This document shows positions 62,116 to 64,000 of a stretch of 64,000 nt of DNA, piece by piece. This DNA comes from Octopus sinensis. Its lineage: Eukaryota. Position 1 is the first letter of the stretch. Each line of letters starts with the position of its first letter. Where the stretch lies: contig NC_042997.1 of the NCBI RefSeq assembly GCF_006345805.1, positions 175,522,001 to 175,586,000 on the forward strand. The letters are read 5' to 3'. The position numbers and the translations under genes were made by a program. Under the pieces are notes generated by a model. That model saw nothing but the letters and a program-made list of their open reading frames with translations, ran no database searches and was not told the DNA's origin.

Positions 62116-62588
62116 ACAGGCTTCTTTCAGTTTCCATCTACCAAATCCACTCACAAGGTGTTGGTCGGCCCGAGGCTATAGTAGAAGATACTTGCCCAAC
62201 GTGCCACGCAGTGGGACTGAACCCGGAACCATGTGGTTGGTAAACAAGCTACTTACCACACAGCCACTCCTGCACCTATCAATCAATTACTGCCTAAAAT
62301 CAATTACTTTTTTTTTGCTGTACTCTATATCTAATATTGAGGGTAAGTCTACTTGAATAATCTTGCTAACTCAAAATAAGGAAACAGTCTTTTAGGAATA
62401 GCAGCCAAAATAATCTAAAGCAGTTCAAAATCAGAACAAGTCTTGGGTTACAACCAATAATCTCATTAACCCATTGAGTGAATAGTGCACCATTCTAATG
62501 CTTCATTCTTCTAATACCGAAATACTTCAGTTACCACATGAATAATAAAAAAAATTTTTTCAGCATAAAATATGATTAATTTTCATAC

Positions 62589-62654
62589 TTTGATCAGCAT
62601 TAGAGAAGCAGCAGTACAGCAGTCACAATTCAAGTTGAAAATACTTCTGGCTTT
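62589..62654 (-). CDS. ASPM: Tentative 66-nt ASPM exon: KARSIFNLNCDCCTAASLMLIK
   Basis: catatcttttccAG acceptor and AAA|GTATGA donor. Only one of three frames is open, and it is phase-compatible with the next exon. No recognisable homology. Confidence 0.45.
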
Positions 62655-62951
62655 CTGGAAAAGATATGTGAAAGTATTAAAACATTACAAAAGGGACTAA
62701 ATTACTAAAAACTTGATTAAAAATAGATTCAGAGAAGACTAGTAAAGCAGATTTGCCAAAGATTATCATCATAGTTTTAACATCCTCTTTTCCATACTTG
62801 CATACATCAGACAGAATTTGTTGGGGCAGATTTTCTGCAGCCAGCTGCCTTTCCTGTTGCCAACTTCATCCGTTACCAAGTAAGGTTATATTTCCCCATG
62901 GTCAGACATGTTTATGAGAATATTAAAAATGAATGACACTACTCGTTTAAT

Positions 62952-63292
62952 GGTGAGTGTGTGTCTGAGTGTGTGTATGTGCGAGTGTGTGTGTGCGAGT
63001 GTGAGTGTGTGCGAGAGTGAGTGTGTGCGAGAGTGAGTGTGTGCGAGAGTGAGTGACTGTGTGTGTGTGTGTGTGTGCGAGTGAGTGACTGTGTGTGTGT
63101 GTGTGTGTGTGCGAGTGAGTGACTGTGTGTGTGTGTGTGTGCGAGTGAGTGACTGTGTGTGTGTGTGTGGTGCGAGTGAGTGACTGTGTGTGTGTGTGCG
63201 AGTGTGTGTGTGTGCGAGTGAGTGACTGTGTGTGTGTGTGCGAGTGAGTGTGTGGTGTGTGCGAGTGAGTGTGTGTGTGTGTGTGCGAGTGA

Positions 63293-63387
<95 letters not shown>

Positions 63388-63900
63388 CGCGAGTAAGTGT
63401 GTGTGCGCGAGTGAGTGTGTGTGTGTGCGCGAGTGAGTGTGTGTGTGTGTGCGCGAGTGAGTGTGTGTGTGTGTGTGAGTGAGTGAGTGTGTGAGTGAGT
63501 GAGTGTGCGAGTGAGTGAGTGTGCGAGTGAGTGAGTGTGCGAGTGTGTGTGTGCGAGTGAGTGAGTGTGAGTGAGTGAGTGAGTGTGTGTGAGTGAGTGA
63601 GTGTGTGTGAGTGAGTGAGTGAGTGAGTGTGTGTGCAAGTGAGTGAGTGTGTGTGCAAGTGAGTGAGTGTGTGTGTGCGCGAGTGAGTGAGTGTGTGTGT
63701 GCGAGTGAGTGAGTGTGTGTGCGAGTGAGTGAGTGTGTGTGTGTGTGCGAGTGAGTGAGTGTGCGCGCGAGTGAGTGTGCGCGCGAGTGAGTGTGTGCGC
63801 GAGTGAGTGTGCGCGAGTGAGTGTGCGCAAGTGAGTGTGCGCGAGTGAGTGTGCGCGAGTGAGTGTGTGCGTGTGAGTGTGTGTGTGTGTGAGTGTGTGC
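62952..63900. repeat. ~950-bp compound (GT)n/(GTGA)n/(GCGA) microsatellite inside a SINE-A-related element
   Basis: Direct reading; flanked by SINE tail-like sequence (62810-62950) and body-like sequence (63905-64000). Confidence 0.95.
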
Positions 63901-64000
63901 ACATGGTGGGTCTCTCAGTTTCCATCAAATAGTCACAAGGCTTAGGTCAGACCTGAATTATAGAAGATAATTGCCTAAAGTGGCACACAGTGAGATGAAA

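Noticed and set aside
62886-63928. 338-aa and 329-aa His/Thr/Leu-rich ORFs
   Set aside because: Translations of the GT/GTGA/GCGA microsatellite, with no splice or homology support.

Overview
AT-rich, repeat-dense eukaryotic genomic DNA, most likely an octopus. The taxon is inferred from the SINE/RTE/MITE repertoire and microsatellite load, not from a search. The window holds the 3' ends of two convergent multi-exon genes. On +, nine coding exons (2475-36965) of an EVI5/EVI5L-type TBC-family gene encode the C-terminal coiled coil; the TBC domain lies upstream of the window. On -, six confident exons plus one tentative exon (47525-62654) of ASPM encode the last IQ motifs and the conserved C-terminal domain. 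All exon boundaries were read by hand as GT-AG with consistent phase. About 10.5 kb of noncoding sequence between the two stop codons looks like two long tail-to-tail 3' UTRs, with candidate poly(A) signals at 43836 (+) and 44436 (-). Introns contain a 5'-truncated RTE-type LINE with RT and a PHD-like finger, many 3'-tail fragments of that LINE, three tRNA-headed SINE families, TTAA-flanked piggyBac-type MITEs, and mariner, Tc1, Penelope-like and older RTE fossils. The most interesting signals are RNA-structural. (1) A tandem ~60-nt multi-stem module and a terminal hairpin in the LINE 3' UTR show compensatory substitutions between copies. (2) An array of 33-37-nt hairpin units sits just upstream of the putative ASPM poly(A) signal. 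(3) A perfect 83-bp inverted repeat lies in an EVI5 intron. (4) Oppositely oriented LINE tails bracket single ASPM exons. No prokaryotic systems, CRISPR arrays, rRNA or true tRNA genes were seen. No searches or folding programs were run, and repeat boundaries are approximate.
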